From positions 96,001 to 160,000 of the forward strand of contig JBITAJ010000028.1 in the NCBI GenBank assembly GCA_044440125.1: a DNA stretch of 64,000 nt, read 5' to 3'. Position 1 is the stretch's first letter. Each line of letters starts with the position of its first letter. The DNA is from Sedimentisphaeraceae bacterium JB056. Its GTDB lineage: Bacteria > Planctomycetota > Phycisphaerae > Sedimentisphaerales > Sedimentisphaeraceae. A model generated the notes under the pieces. It did no database searches. It was given only the letters and a program-made list of their open reading frames with translations, and was not told the DNA's origin. A program made the position numbers and the translations under genes. Of this stretch, positions 11,375 to 21,546 are shown piece after piece.

Positions 11375-13333
11375 ATGGATAAGGCTCTATCTGACCTAAT
11401 AAAAATATCCAACAAAGTTGGCAGTGATGTTACATTAGTTCAGGGCGGCGGTGGAAATACCTCCGTTAAAAGCGAAGACGGCAATTACATGTTCATCAAA
11501 GCAAGCGGAACAAGCTTAAAAGAGATGAGCGAGACAAAAGGCTGGCGAAGAGTAAACATCTCAAGACTCAACAGATTGATGACTGACGAAGTGTTGACTA
11601 TCTGCGATGTTGATACAAGAGAACGTGAAGTCGTCGGACGTTTGGCGTTATCTTGCGATGATGATGTAACAAGCGGCGCAAGACCATCCGTAGAAGCCCC
11701 TCTGCATGCAATGCTTGATAAATACGTTATACACCTGCACCCTTCAACTGTTGGTGCATGGGTTAACGCAAAAGAAGGCAAGAAACTCATTGATGAGCTT
11801 GAGAAAAAAGCCTCAATCAATGCTCTTTGGGTACCATACTGCGACCCGGGATACATCCTTTCCTGCAAAACAGCAAAACTGATAGAAAAGTACGAAAAAG
11901 AAAATAACACAAAACCTTCCGTACTTATGCTTGACAAGCACGGCGTATTTGTAGCCGCCGAAACCGCAAATGCGGCAACAAAACTTGTTGACAAAGTAAT
12001 TGAGGTTTGCTCTACAGGCCTTAAAACTCCTAAAAAGGCAAAGATAAAGGCTTCTAAAGAAGAAATAAACGATACAAAGCTTGCTATCCGTAAAGCTTAT
12101 TTCGACATTGATAATACAAGAGGCGTAATAAAGTATTTCGCAGATGACGAAATTGCATCATACTGCCAGTGCGACCAGATAAAAAAGATGCTTGCTGCTT
12201 CTGCTCTTACACCTGATGAGCTGGTTTACTCAAACGGTCCGGCAATATTCATAAACAATACAAAACCAGAAGCGATCGCAAAAAAAATAGCCTCGGCAAA
12301 AGCCAAAGGCGGCAAAACTCCTGCAGCATTGATTGTGCAAGGCCAGGGACTGTTTGTAGCAGCCACAGCAAAACGTGCAGCGATAATACGTGACATAGTG
12401 GCAAGCTCACTGTTCATAAGATTCAACGCCCTCAATAAAGGCGGCGGAATACGTGCCCTCACAAAGGCCCAGCAAGAATTTATAAACAACTGGGAAGCTG
12501 AAGCGTTCCGCAGTTCACAAGCAGGCGGAACTGCGGGCGGCAGACTCAAAGGCCGTATTGCAGTAGTAACCGGCGGAGGCAGCGGACTTGGAAGAAGCAC
12601 TGCATTAGGACTTGCAAGAGTTGGTGCTTTTGTCGCGGTAGCTGATATAGACGAATCCGCTGCAGCAGAAACGGTATCGATCATCGAAGGAGAAACAGGT
12701 CTCGAAGCAATGGCTATAAAGTGTAATGTCACTGATGAAAACAACGTCAAAGCCGGCTTCGACAGTATACTTGATAATTGGGGCGGACTTGATATCGTTG
12801 CCAACTGTGCGGGCGTTGCTCCGGCATTCTCACTTGTTGACTTGCCTGTTGATAAATGGAGATTCGCACTTGAGGTCAACCTCACAGGCTACTACCTAAT
12901 GGCTCAAAATGCCGCAAGAATCATGATAAAACAAGGTATTGGCGGAAGCATGGTACACCTCAGCTCTAAGTCAGGTCTTGATGCCAGCAAGAACAATACA
13001 CCTTATAACGCAACTAAAGCGGGTGAACTTCATATGTCTCGCGGCTGGGCAATAGAGCTTGGCCAATACGGCATAAGAACAAACTGCGTATGCCCGGGTA
13101 ACGTATTCGAAGGTTCTAAAATATGGAATCCCGAATACATCAAGGTGTGTGCGAAGAAATACGGAATCAAGCCGGAAGAAGTTATACCTTACTATGTAAG
13201 CAAGGCAACCCTGGGAATAGAAATCAAGGGTCAGGACATAGCCGACTCAGTGGTATTCCTCGCATCAGACGAAGCCAGAGTAATAACCGGCCAGACAATC
13301 GTAGCCGATGCAGGACAGGTATTCGTCCGCTAA
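11375..13333 (+). CDS. Bifunctional class II aldolase/adducin-like plus short-chain dehydrogenase (RhaD/YuxG-like fusion; SDR resembles sorbitol-6-phosphate dehydrogenase)
   Basis: GGGGNTSVK, RPSVEAPLH, IHLHP, KHG aldolase II motifs; SDR TGGGSGLG, S...YNATK; 'KKYGIKPEEVIPYY' is SrlD-like. Confidence 0.85.
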   Translation: MDKALSDLIKISNKVGSDVTLVQGGGGNTSVKSEDGNYMFIKASGTSLKEMSETKGWRRVNISRLNRLMTDEVLTICDVDTREREVVGRLALSCDDDVTSGARPSVEAPLHAMLDKYVIHLHPSTVGAWVNAKEGKKLIDELEKKASINALWVPYCDPGYILSCKTAKLIEKYEKENNTKPSVLMLDKHGVFVAAETANAATKLVDKVIEVCSTGLKTPKKAKIKASKEEINDTKLAIRKAYFDIDNTRGVIKYFADDEIASYCQCDQIKKMLAASALTPDELVYSNGPAIFINNTKPEAIAKKIASAKAKGGKTPAALIVQGQGLFVAATAKRAAIIRDIVASSLFIRFNALNKGGGIRALTKAQQEFINNWEAEAFRSSQAGGTAGGRLKGRIAVVTGGGSGLGRSTALGLARVGAFVAVADIDESAAAETVSIIEGETGLEAMAIKCNVTDENNVKAGFDSILDNWGGLDIVANCAGVAPAFSLVDLPVDKWRFALEVNLTGYYLMAQNAARIMIKQGIGGSMVHLSSKSGLDASKNNTPYNATKAGELHMSRGWAIELGQYGIRTNCVCPGNVFEGSKIWNPEYIKVCAKKYGIKPEEVIPYYVSKATLGIEIKGQDIADSVVFLASDEARVITGQTIVADAGQVFVR

Positions 13334-13359
13334 TAACTTAGCTCAAACTATAATACCCA

Positions 13360-13402
13360 GAACTCCCCTGTCGACCGCAACAGTCTTCAGGGGAGTTTTT
13401 TA
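13360..13402 (+). terminator. Intrinsic terminator
   Basis: AACTCCCCTG...CAGGGGAGTT followed by a T-run. Confidence 0.75.
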
Positions 13403-13485
13403 TGACTTTCACTATATTCTTAACAAGTAATAAACTATTCACAAATTGTTGCTTATGAATTTTGTGTTTGTATAATAAGCAAATC

Positions 13486-14868
13486 ATGTATGAATCTTCG
13501 GATACAATAACTGCCGTCAGCAGTGGCTCTGCCAATGGCCTGCGGCATATAATAAGACTAAGCGGCAACGAAGCGGCAAATGCGTTAAGCATCTTCAGCC
13601 CCTGCATTAATGCCTCAGAGAGAGGCATAATCAATGGGCGTTTGGATATAATGCGGATGAGCTTTGATGCAATCGCTTATGTATTCCCGAAAGGTCAAAG
13701 TTATACAGGCGATGAACTGATCGAACTTCACGTTGAGTGCCCGTTATGTATAACAGAAAAGATACTTGAAAAACTTTGCGAAAATAATAATGTGAGACTG
13801 GCCGAAGCAGGCGAGTTTACGGCAAGAGCATTCTTCAACGGCAAGCTTGATCTCACGCAGGCTGAGGCGGTTGCCCAGATAGTATCAGGCAGCAATGCGT
13901 TTCAACTGCAGGCTGCCCAGAAGCTCCTAAAGGGAAGGCTATCGGAAAAAATAAGCAATCTGCGAAGACAGATACTCGAGCTTCTGAGTCTACTTGAAGC
14001 AGGACTTGATTTCAGTGAAGAAGATATAACATTCATAACGGAAAGCCAGGCCGCCAAGCGGGTAGAGCAAATAACATCCGGCCTCAGAGAGCTCATAACA
14101 AACAACATCAAGTACGAACGCATGATAGGATTGCCGGCTATCGCAATAACAGGCTGCCCCAATGCAGGTAAAAGCTCATTGATGAATGCTATGCTCGGCA
14201 AGGAAAGAAGCATTGTTTCCTCAGTAAGAGCAACAACCCGTGATGTGATAAGCGAAGTATTTGAGTTTGACCGTTTCTCCTGCATATTGAGCGATTGCGC
14301 GGGTATAATCAAGGACAATGCGATTGACGAGATAGACGCTATAGCCCAGAATTCCGCAATGGAAACCATTAAAAGTTCGGATATGGTAATATTCTGTGTT
14401 GATATCACAAAAACAGATTTCACTGACGAGCAAACTCTATTTGAATGTTTCAGCAACAACACCATAGCACTTGCTACCAAAAGCGACAAGCTAACTGAAA
14501 ATGAGCTTCAAAAAAGAATCGCAAAGCTTGAAAGCATATTCAATATTAAATTCACACCAATCTGTACATCTAAAAATGATGATGTGATTGTCTTTATAAA
14601 GATGCTTGAAAATGAACTGGCACTACTTTGCGGCAGCAGCAAAGGAAGCGAAGAAGTCATAGCTGTAAATCGGCGTCACTATCAAACACTCGAGAAAGTA
14701 TTAGCGAATGTAAGCGATGGACTGAAAGAAGTAAAGAACGGTAACGATGAACTTACGGCAATGTACCTCAGAAGCTCATATATGGAGTTGTCCGATTTGA
14801 ACGAGCAGCAAAGTATTGATGAAAGTATCCTCGACACAATATTCTCCAACTTTTGTATAGGGAAATAG
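13486..14868 (+). CDS. mnmE: tRNA modification GTPase MnmE
   Basis: SYTGD..ELH, GEFTARAFFNGKLDLTQAEAV, GCPNAGKSS, C-terminal FCIGK; start set at ATG 13486. Confidence 0.93.
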   Translation: MYESSDTITAVSSGSANGLRHIIRLSGNEAANALSIFSPCINASERGIINGRLDIMRMSFDAIAYVFPKGQSYTGDELIELHVECPLCITEKILEKLCENNNVRLAEAGEFTARAFFNGKLDLTQAEAVAQIVSGSNAFQLQAAQKLLKGRLSEKISNLRRQILELLSLLEAGLDFSEEDITFITESQAAKRVEQITSGLRELITNNIKYERMIGLPAIAITGCPNAGKSSLMNAMLGKERSIVSSVRATTRDVISEVFEFDRFSCILSDCAGIIKDNAIDEIDAIAQNSAMETIKSSDMVIFCVDITKTDFTDEQTLFECFSNNTIALATKSDKLTENELQKRIAKLESIFNIKFTPICTSKNDDVIVFIKMLENELALLCGSSKGSEEVIAVNRRHYQTLEKVLANVSDGLKEVKNGNDELTAMYLRSSYMELSDLNEQQSIDESILDTIFSNFCIGK

Positions 14869-14898
14869 AGACCTGCAAAAAACACTCTATTAAAGAAA

Positions 14899-15849
14899 AT
14901 GTTCAATATATTATTTTTCACAATTTTCGGCGTATTCATGGTAATGGCTCCAGGAGCTTTTCTAACAAAGAAAAACATAATCACTCCCGGCGGCCTCAAA
15001 GACATATCCAAGCTGCTTGTATATTCAATCTACCCGTGCCTGATATTCTCATCTATTACACAGAACTTCACGCTCAAGGGATTATTTGCCGCATGGCCTC
15101 TTCCTGCAAGTTCAATGATGATAATGCTCAGCGGATATTTCATTGGTTTGACAGTAACATTGTTCATAAGATTCAAAAAAGAAAAAGAGAAACATGCTTT
15201 CCTCTTCCAAAGTACGATAAATAATTATTCATTCCTGCCTATAGCTGTAGTTGCCGAGATATTCGAGCCGCAGGCTGTTGCTGCATTGATATTCTCAACA
15301 CTTGGTGCGGAAATAACGGTATGGACACTCGGAGTTTTCATACTAACCGGTCACAAAGTTGAAAAGAAAAGTCTTAAGCACCTTTTATCTCCCCCTCTTC
15401 TGGCTCTATACACTGCACTGATATGGCTCGGCATATTCCAGATCACCGGTGCATCCAAAACACTATACACTGAAAACAACTCCTTGCTGTACTATTTCCA
15501 CAACACTACCAAACTGATAGGCCAAGCAACAATTCCACTTGCAATGATAATAGCAGGTGCAAGACTTGCGAATATGAAACTCGGAAATATCAACCGTTAC
15601 ACATGGATAATATGCGGCTTAAGACTTCTTATAATACCCCTCATCGTTGCATTCATGCTTAGATTCATGCCGCTGACAGATCAATGGAGGTCGGTAATGC
15701 TTGTTGTTGCAGTGATGCCTGTATCCCTTGCCAGCTCAATGCTAAGCGAGATATACAGAACAGACGACGACATAGTAAACAGCACAGTTCTAATGACTCA
15801 TCTTTTGAGTCTTCTTACAATCCCTCTGCTGCTGGCTATACTGCTGTAA
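14899..15849 (+). CDS. AEC (auxin efflux carrier/Mem_trans) family transporter
   Basis: About 10 TM; YPCLIFS, NYSFLP, TIPLAMIIAG, MPVS motifs. Confidence 0.88.
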   Translation: MFNILFFTIFGVFMVMAPGAFLTKKNIITPGGLKDISKLLVYSIYPCLIFSSITQNFTLKGLFAAWPLPASSMMIMLSGYFIGLTVTLFIRFKKEKEKHAFLFQSTINNYSFLPIAVVAEIFEPQAVAALIFSTLGAEITVWTLGVFILTGHKVEKKSLKHLLSPPLLALYTALIWLGIFQITGASKTLYTENNSLLYYFHNTTKLIGQATIPLAMIIAGARLANMKLGNINRYTWIICGLRLLIIPLIVAFMLRFMPLTDQWRSVMLVVAVMPVSLASSMLSEIYRTDDDIVNSTVLMTHLLSLLTIPLLLAILL

Positions 15850-15864
15850 GGCATGTATTAACAG

Positions 15865-17271
15865 TTATTTTTCTTCGGTATTTTCACCGCTTATGTCAGC
15901 GTCAACCATATCAGCCAGCAATTTCGCTGTCTGTTTGAACGGTAAAACATCGGCCGCTTTCTCAAGCTCTTCCTTTGCCCATGCAGGTTCTTCGATTTGG
16001 TAATAGATATAAGCAAGCAGGAACGAAAGCTCACCGGCGCCGCTCCTTGCCATCCATCGCTGTATGTCAACGATTCTATTTTCCAATACGTCCCTGTCAC
16101 CAAGCATTTCAACAAGGTCAACCTTGACAGCTATATAATCTGGATAAAGCATAAGTGCTTTATTGAGGTAATACGAACTGCTCATATACTCACCGGCACC
16201 AAGAAGTGCAAGCGACTGACCTGCATAGACAAGAGGATCTTCCCTGCGGAATATCGAAGCAAGCGAGTAAGCATCGGCTGCTCTGTAGAACTCACCCTCA
16301 TCCATAAAATCTTCAGCCTTCTTCATATAGCTGTTGAACTTATCATCAGAATAGCCGGCAAAGCTCTTGAACTCGCCAAGTACCCCGCGAGCCTTCATCC
16401 TCATATCCTTCTTATCAGAGAAATCCACATCTTCTCTACTTCCCGTATCTTCCTCCTTAAGAGATGTTGTACCCTCAATACCAAGGCTGTCACCATTAAG
16501 AACATCGGCAATATCTCTGCCTGAAACCTCAGCTTCAAGACCAACTTCTTTTTGTTTCTGCCTTATTTGATCAAACACATTCTCAGCGTCAGCAGCAACA
16601 TCACCGTAAAGCTCCTTGGTATCACCTTTGAATTCTTTATCCATTATGAGGCCGAGATCCGAACGCCCCGGCAAAGACTCCTGAGAATCTATCCTGTACT
16701 TTTTAGACAGCAAATCCCGCTGCCTCTGTACCTGTTCCGGAGTACGCAAATTACGTTCTTTGAGATAATACTCAAAATCTTTAATATCCTCTGTAAACGG
16801 TCTCAGATCAACACTTTTTGAATAAGTCTGGGCTATTATCTTATTAGCATTATACTGATCGAATTCAGGCATGCCGCTCTTAAGAGAAGATTTGTCACGT
16901 GATATATAAGGCAGTTTATAAGAAGTTTGAGGATAATTACTTATATTAAGCCCTGTAGCCGTTTTCGGATATACAGTTCTCGGAAGTGAACCGGTCACAG
17001 GACTGTAATAGCTCCCACTGTAGGGATTGGTAGAATTACCCAATGACGATCTGTATGGCACAACTCCTCTATAAACACTGCCTGTGCCCACTCTTGGACT
17101 TACACGACTCGAACTCTGTGACGGCGGAGTATTATAGGAAGCACGTGCATTTTGTCTGGCAGAGACCCTCGCATCATACCTTTGTACACCGGTACCGTCA
17201 GTAGGGCTTGATGCTGCAAAGAGTTCTACTGTCAAAAGAAACGATACTATAAAAAAAATATTAATTTTCAT
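15865..17271 (-). CDS. Secreted protein with low-complexity S/Y/R-rich N-region and C-terminal TPR repeats
   Basis: Signal peptide; TPR-like 'AEDFMDEGEFYRAADAYSLA', 'GEYMSSSYYLNKAL'. Confidence 0.7.
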   Translation of the reverse strand: MKINIFFIVSFLLTVELFAASSPTDGTGVQRYDARVSARQNARASYNTPPSQSSSRVSPRVGTGSVYRGVVPYRSSLGNSTNPYSGSYYSPVTGSLPRTVYPKTATGLNISNYPQTSYKLPYISRDKSSLKSGMPEFDQYNANKIIAQTYSKSVDLRPFTEDIKDFEYYLKERNLRTPEQVQRQRDLLSKKYRIDSQESLPGRSDLGLIMDKEFKGDTKELYGDVAADAENVFDQIRQKQKEVGLEAEVSGRDIADVLNGDSLGIEGTTSLKEEDTGSREDVDFSDKKDMRMKARGVLGEFKSFAGYSDDKFNSYMKKAEDFMDEGEFYRAADAYSLASIFRREDPLVYAGQSLALLGAGEYMSSSYYLNKALMLYPDYIAVKVDLVEMLGDRDVLENRIVDIQRWMARSGAGELSFLLAYIYYQIEEPAWAKEELEKAADVLPFKQTAKLLADMVDADISGENTEEK

Positions 17272-17282
17272 ATTTCACCTCA

Positions 17283-18134
17283 CTATTCACCTTTATAATC
17301 AGGTTTTTGTGCCCACTTAAGTTTGTACGCCAGGGTGTCCCACTGTGTTCTTACCGGATTATTTATAACGTTGAATACTGATGGATCTTTTGATATCTCG
17401 ATAATACTGTCGCAGCCTATAGTACAAAGAGTCTCTCCATCACAGCCAACTATAGACTCCTTATCTATTCGTACAGGATAAATCTCAATCTTGCGATTTG
17501 AACCTATAACTATAGGCCGGAAACTGAGAGAATGAGGGTTAAGAGGCGTAATTGTTATTGCCGAGAGTCCGGCCGCTATTATAGGGCCTCCGGCGGAAAG
17601 ACTGTAACCGGTTGATCCTGTAGGGGTTGCAACAATAACACCATCACCTACACAACTGGCAAGCGGCTTGCCGTCAACAGCAATCTCAAGTTCGATCATT
17701 TTCAGTGGAGAACCCGGTATTATAGCAACCTCATTTACCGCGGTTGCAGAAATATCTGCTCCATTATGCACATTACACCGCAGCAGCATGCGTTTTTCTA
17801 CAGCCAAATTACCGGCAATCAGATCATCAAACACATCCTCAAGCTCATCAACGCTGAATTCGGCAAGATAACCAAGACGACCCACATTGACACCTACAAC
17901 AGGAACATCAAGCTCTGAAAGTTCACGGGCAGCCCTGAGTATGGATCCATCACCGCCAAAAACAAAGGCAAAATCAACACCCCTGAGAGTATCAATACCG
18001 CATTGGCCGCCATAACAATTAGCTATTATTTCAAGCTTATCCGAGGCAATGGACTTAAACCTCTCAACGGCTTCACGGCAGCTGTCTCTGGCACAATCAC
18101 CAAATATTACACATTTTTTGCCTTGTTTATCCAT
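17283..18134 (-). CDS. nadK: NAD(+) kinase
   Basis: [39 protein letters not shown]. Confidence 0.95.
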   Translation of the reverse strand: MDKQGKKCVIFGDCARDSCREAVERFKSIASDKLEIIANCYGGQCGIDTLRGVDFAFVFGGDGSILRAARELSELDVPVVGVNVGRLGYLAEFSVDELEDVFDDLIAGNLAVEKRMLLRCNVHNGADISATAVNEVAIIPGSPLKMIELEIAVDGKPLASCVGDGVIVATPTGSTGYSLSAGGPIIAAGLSAITITPLNPHSLSFRPIVIGSNRKIEIYPVRIDKESIVGCDGETLCTIGCDSIIEISKDPSVFNVINNPVRTQWDTLAYKLKWAQKPDYKGE

Positions 18135-18204
18135 AAAAAAGATTATAACCCGCTAACCGTAAAAATCAACTCAATTAAGCTATATATTATTTGTCTTACA
18201 CAGC

Positions 18205-18567
18205 TCACCCGCCGCTTTTCTTCACTTTGTAACCCATTTTAGACAGCTCATCAACAAGCTGATCCCGTTTATCGCCCTGTATTTCTATCACATGGTCTTT
18301 TACAGTTCCGCCGCAGCCGCATTTATTCTTTAATTTAGTAGATAGCTTTTTCAAATCGTCACCACCAAGCGGCAGACCGGTAATAACTGTAACCCCCTTG
18401 CCTTTACGCCCCTTCGTTTCTCTGCCAACTCTGACAATACCATCCCCTTTAGGAATAATATTCAATCCGCTGCATTGACACTTACCCTCTGGCTGGCCGC
18501 ACCCAGGACACATTCTTCCATGCTCTGTGGAGTAAACAAGCCCGCCGGTATTATTTTTTCTGCTCAT
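18205..18567 (-). CDS. yciH: Translation initiation factor SUI1/YciH
   Basis: LVYSTE, RETKGRKGKGVTVI, CGCGGTVKD..IEIQGD; start set at ATG 18567. Confidence 0.93.
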   Translation of the reverse strand: MSRKNNTGGLVYSTEHGRMCPGCGQPEGKCQCSGLNIIPKGDGIVRVGRETKGRKGKGVTVITGLPLGGDDLKKLSTKLKNKCGCGGTVKDHVIEIQGDKRDQLVDELSKMGYKVKKSGG

Positions 18568-18707
18568 ACGCTTAATCGCTTCCAATCATGATTATATAAC
18601 TTACTCCGACATCATCGTTAAGAATATATCTTAAATTTATAGAAAAATAGTTCAAGATGTTTTATACATACTTGACTTAAACTTATCCAAATCTTAATAT
18701 AGAAATC

Positions 18708-19442
18708 ATGGAAGAGATTATTATACTGAAAGCATTCGAGGATAATTACATATACCTTTATCGTTACGATGATGCTAAGGTCATAGCTATAGATCCCGGT
18801 GATGGCGAAGTTGTCGTCAAGGCACTGAACGAAAAAGGCCTTGAATTGTCGCATATTCTCATAACGCACAGCCATTTCGATCATATCGGCGGAGTTGAGA
18901 TGCTGAAACGCAAAACCGGATGCGTTTCACTGGCGATGAAAGATGAACAATCGCTCACCATTGGATCTTCCAAGGTAGAAACAATCGCCACGCCCGGCCA
19001 TACAAAAGATTCCGTATGTTATTATATAACACCATCAAATGAGCTGACCGGTATACTGTTAACTGGCGACACTCTCTTTACCGGAGGCTGCGGCAGACCA
19101 ATGAGCTGCAAAAGCTCAGTACTGTGGAATTCACTCTGCAAACTTGCCCAACTGCCAGGCGAAACCCTCATGTATCCCGGACACAACTACACTATTGAAA
19201 ATTACGAATTTGCGCTTTCAATAATACCATCAGACCAAACTATAAAAAATGCATTTGCTAATGCTCAAAAACTTGAAGACCAGGGTAAAGATATCATCCC
19301 ATCTACGTTGAATTTCGAGAAAAAAACAAACATATTTCTCAAATCATCTGATCGAGAGGTCAAAAAAGCACTTAAAATGCAAGACAACACCGCAGGTGAG
19401 GTCTTCGCTGAGCTTAGGATGAGAAAAAACATCTTCGGCTGA
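18708..19442 (+). CDS. gloB: Hydroxyacylglutathione hydrolase (glyoxalase II)
   Basis: DNYIY, THSHFDHIGG, TPGHT, GDTLFTGGCGR, PGHNYT, EKKTNIFL. Confidence 0.92.
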   Translation: MEEIIILKAFEDNYIYLYRYDDAKVIAIDPGDGEVVVKALNEKGLELSHILITHSHFDHIGGVEMLKRKTGCVSLAMKDEQSLTIGSSKVETIATPGHTKDSVCYYITPSNELTGILLTGDTLFTGGCGRPMSCKSSVLWNSLCKLAQLPGETLMYPGHNYTIENYEFALSIIPSDQTIKNAFANAQKLEDQGKDIIPSTLNFEKKTNIFLKSSDREVKKALKMQDNTAGEVFAELRMRKNIFG

Positions 19443-19766
19443 TAAGGCCAATGATTCTTTTCCGCTCCCAAAGCCCTCAAAAAAACTGATTAAAAGCGAA
19501 AACGAGTTTTTATACCGCAAAAAACAGTGACTTTGCAGTGTTTTTTTCGTTTTTTTATACTAATTATATCAAATAAATGACACAAGATAACAATCCTTGA
19601 TACCGCAGGCATCTTCTGACAAGTAAAACATATAAGAACCTGCAAAACAAGCAGATATGAGCAAGCTTTAGAAAAATAAACAAAATTTATCTATAACAGA
19701 TTAACCCATCAAAAAAACTTCTTCAAGCCCATTTATAGGTATTTTAACGCCATTTGCGTTTTTATC

Positions 19767-19795
19767 TTGTTTTATAAAGATGTGAGAGGTATAAT
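19767..19795 (+). promoter_or_regulatory. Putative sigma70 promoter TTGTTT-17-TATAAT for the RRM gene (about 270-nt leader)
   Basis: Consensus -10 with 17-bp spacer. Confidence 0.6.
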
Positions 19796-20072
19796 TGTAA
19801 ATTAGAATTTGTAGTCCGACAATTCGCTGACACCAGGGAAGTTCTGAAGGATAAGAGATTCGTATAAAAACCTCGGTATAAAAGTTGCCTCGTTGGCAGC
19901 TTTAATAGTTTGTTGGGGTGCGCGAAGAGTATAGTAGATTATGGTTAGTTTTACCAGAAACTAAATAGCTTGAGAGCCTTTCCTAACGATGTGGGCGAAG
20001 TAATTGCCTCTCTCCTAATAGGCCTGGAGAGTAAAAGATAGGGCCAAAGTACCCCAGAATTGGAGAACAAAA

Positions 20073-20402
20073 ATGGGCAAAAAATTGTATGTCGGAAATT
20101 TGAGTTATGGTATTGACAGTGCGAAACTTAGTGAAGTATTTTCAGAGTTTGGTACAGTTGAAAGCGCAAATGTAATCATGGACCGTGAAACAGGCCGCAG
20201 CAAAGGCTTCGGTTTTGTTGAGTTCAGCACTGAGGAAGAAGCTCAGAGTGCTATAAGCGAACTTGATGGTCAGGATTGCGATGGTCGCGCTCTTAAGGTT
20301 AATGAAGCAAAGCCAATGACTAACCGCGGTGGCGGTGGTGGACGCGGCGGCTTCGGTGGTGGACGCGGCGGCTTCGGCGGCGGCGGAAGAAACCGCTATT
20401 AA
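20073..20402 (+). CDS. RNA-binding protein (single RRM plus RGG/Gly-rich tail)
   Basis: RNP2 LYVGNL, RNP1 KGFGFVEF, GGGRGGFG repeats. Confidence 0.95.
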   Translation: MGKKLYVGNLSYGIDSAKLSEVFSEFGTVESANVIMDRETGRSKGFGFVEFSTEEEAQSAISELDGQDCDGRALKVNEAKPMTNRGGGGGRGGFGGGRGGFGGGGRNRY

Positions 20403-20424
20403 TCGATTGCGATAAGCCAATTAC

Positions 20425-20462
20425 AAAGCCCGAAGATCTTTATGGTCTTCGGGCTTTTTTTG
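20425..20462 (+). terminator. Intrinsic terminator
   Basis: AAAGCCCGAAGA...TCTTCGGGCTTTTTTT. Confidence 0.85.
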
Positions 20463-20506
20463 TTTTAAATCTCACAGAAAAACCTTATATATCACTGCTT
20501 TAATAC

Positions 20507-20535
20507 TTGACATATATATACATAATATCTAAAAT
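20507..20535 (+). promoter_or_regulatory. Sigma70 promoter TTGACA-17-TAAAAT for the three-gene sugar operon
   Basis: Near-consensus hexamers; AAGGAG RBS before ATG 20583. Confidence 0.7.
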
Positions 20536-20582
20536 TACGCATAATGTTGCAATTAAAAATCATTTGATCTAAGGAGCCGTAT

Positions 20583-21533
20583 ATGATTAGGACTGATATT
20601 AGGCGTCATATGGACATAATAGCAAGAAGCGTCTGTGATAAAAATATCTACAGCGAATTTCTTAAAGATTCTTTTGACCTCATCGATTCCTGCAAAACCT
20701 ACCTTGCCCCTGCTGAAGACATAAACTCGCTGGAGCTTGCACACCTTGTACCGGAAGTAGCAGAGTCAATGCTTGCTATATATCTTGGTATAAACGATGC
20801 CGTATGCAATAAGGGCCTCGTCACAGCCCTCTTGCCGCAGCACGGCCACAATAATGTATTCGTATTCGACCCTCAAGTTTACAGCGGCTCTGACAATGTA
20901 CCCCAAGGCACGATAGATGCCAAGGCCGTATTAGCAGGCTTTGAACCGCCGAATACTACATGGAATCCGGACTGGACATACGTAATGATCTCCGATCCTG
21001 CAAGAAGCTTCTCAAGCCTTTGGCAGGAAAAAGGTTACATCGATACAATACCCGCAAAGTTTGAAGATTTCACGATGATGAGCGATCATAACGAAAGCAA
21101 GGTATGTGTATTTATCTCGGATAAAGCATTTTCTCATCCGGTAAACGCGGCAAGGGATTACCTAAATGACGCAAGAGACCGCGGTAATAAAATGGCCGGA
21201 GAATTCATTATACCTGAAAAAATACACGATGAATTTGACGGTCTCGTACCAGTCGTACTCCATCAGGGGGAAAAGCTCTACGTAGCGACCACAGACATGG
21301 GTCCGTGCGCTCACGGCTGGACAAATATTCATCCCGACAATCAAAAACTTGCGGTAGTAAATGAGAACTCGGCCGTACCTATGGATTTAGTCATCAATAA
21401 ACCGCCTGTAAACAAAAAATACGCCGAAGAGCTCAAGCCGCCTATGGGCAGTGCTGATATGACAACCGACTGGTTCAAAAGAGGTTCGGCAATATGGAGA
21501 AAACCTGTATTGCAAGGCACATTCAAGGGATAG
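20583..21533 (+). CDS. Hypothetical protein; putative divergent cupin sugar isomerase (D-lyxose ketol-isomerase-like)
   Basis: CNK...PQHGH, VLHQGEKLYV...HGWTN...AVVNENS motifs; first gene of an operon with PfkB and MtlD-like genes. Confidence 0.5.
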   Translation: MIRTDIRRHMDIIARSVCDKNIYSEFLKDSFDLIDSCKTYLAPAEDINSLELAHLVPEVAESMLAIYLGINDAVCNKGLVTALLPQHGHNNVFVFDPQVYSGSDNVPQGTIDAKAVLAGFEPPNTTWNPDWTYVMISDPARSFSSLWQEKGYIDTIPAKFEDFTMMSDHNESKVCVFISDKAFSHPVNAARDYLNDARDRGNKMAGEFIIPEKIHDEFDGLVPVVLHQGEKLYVATTDMGPCAHGWTNIHPDNQKLAVVNENSAVPMDLVINKPPVNKKYAEELKPPMGSADMTTDWFKRGSAIWRKPVLQGTFKG

Positions 21534-21546
21534 TAAGGAACGAACA

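Noticed and set aside
20325..20390. GGC/GGT-rich tandem repeats
   Set aside because: Encode the Gly/RGG tail of the RRM protein; not a CRISPR or DNA-level repeat.
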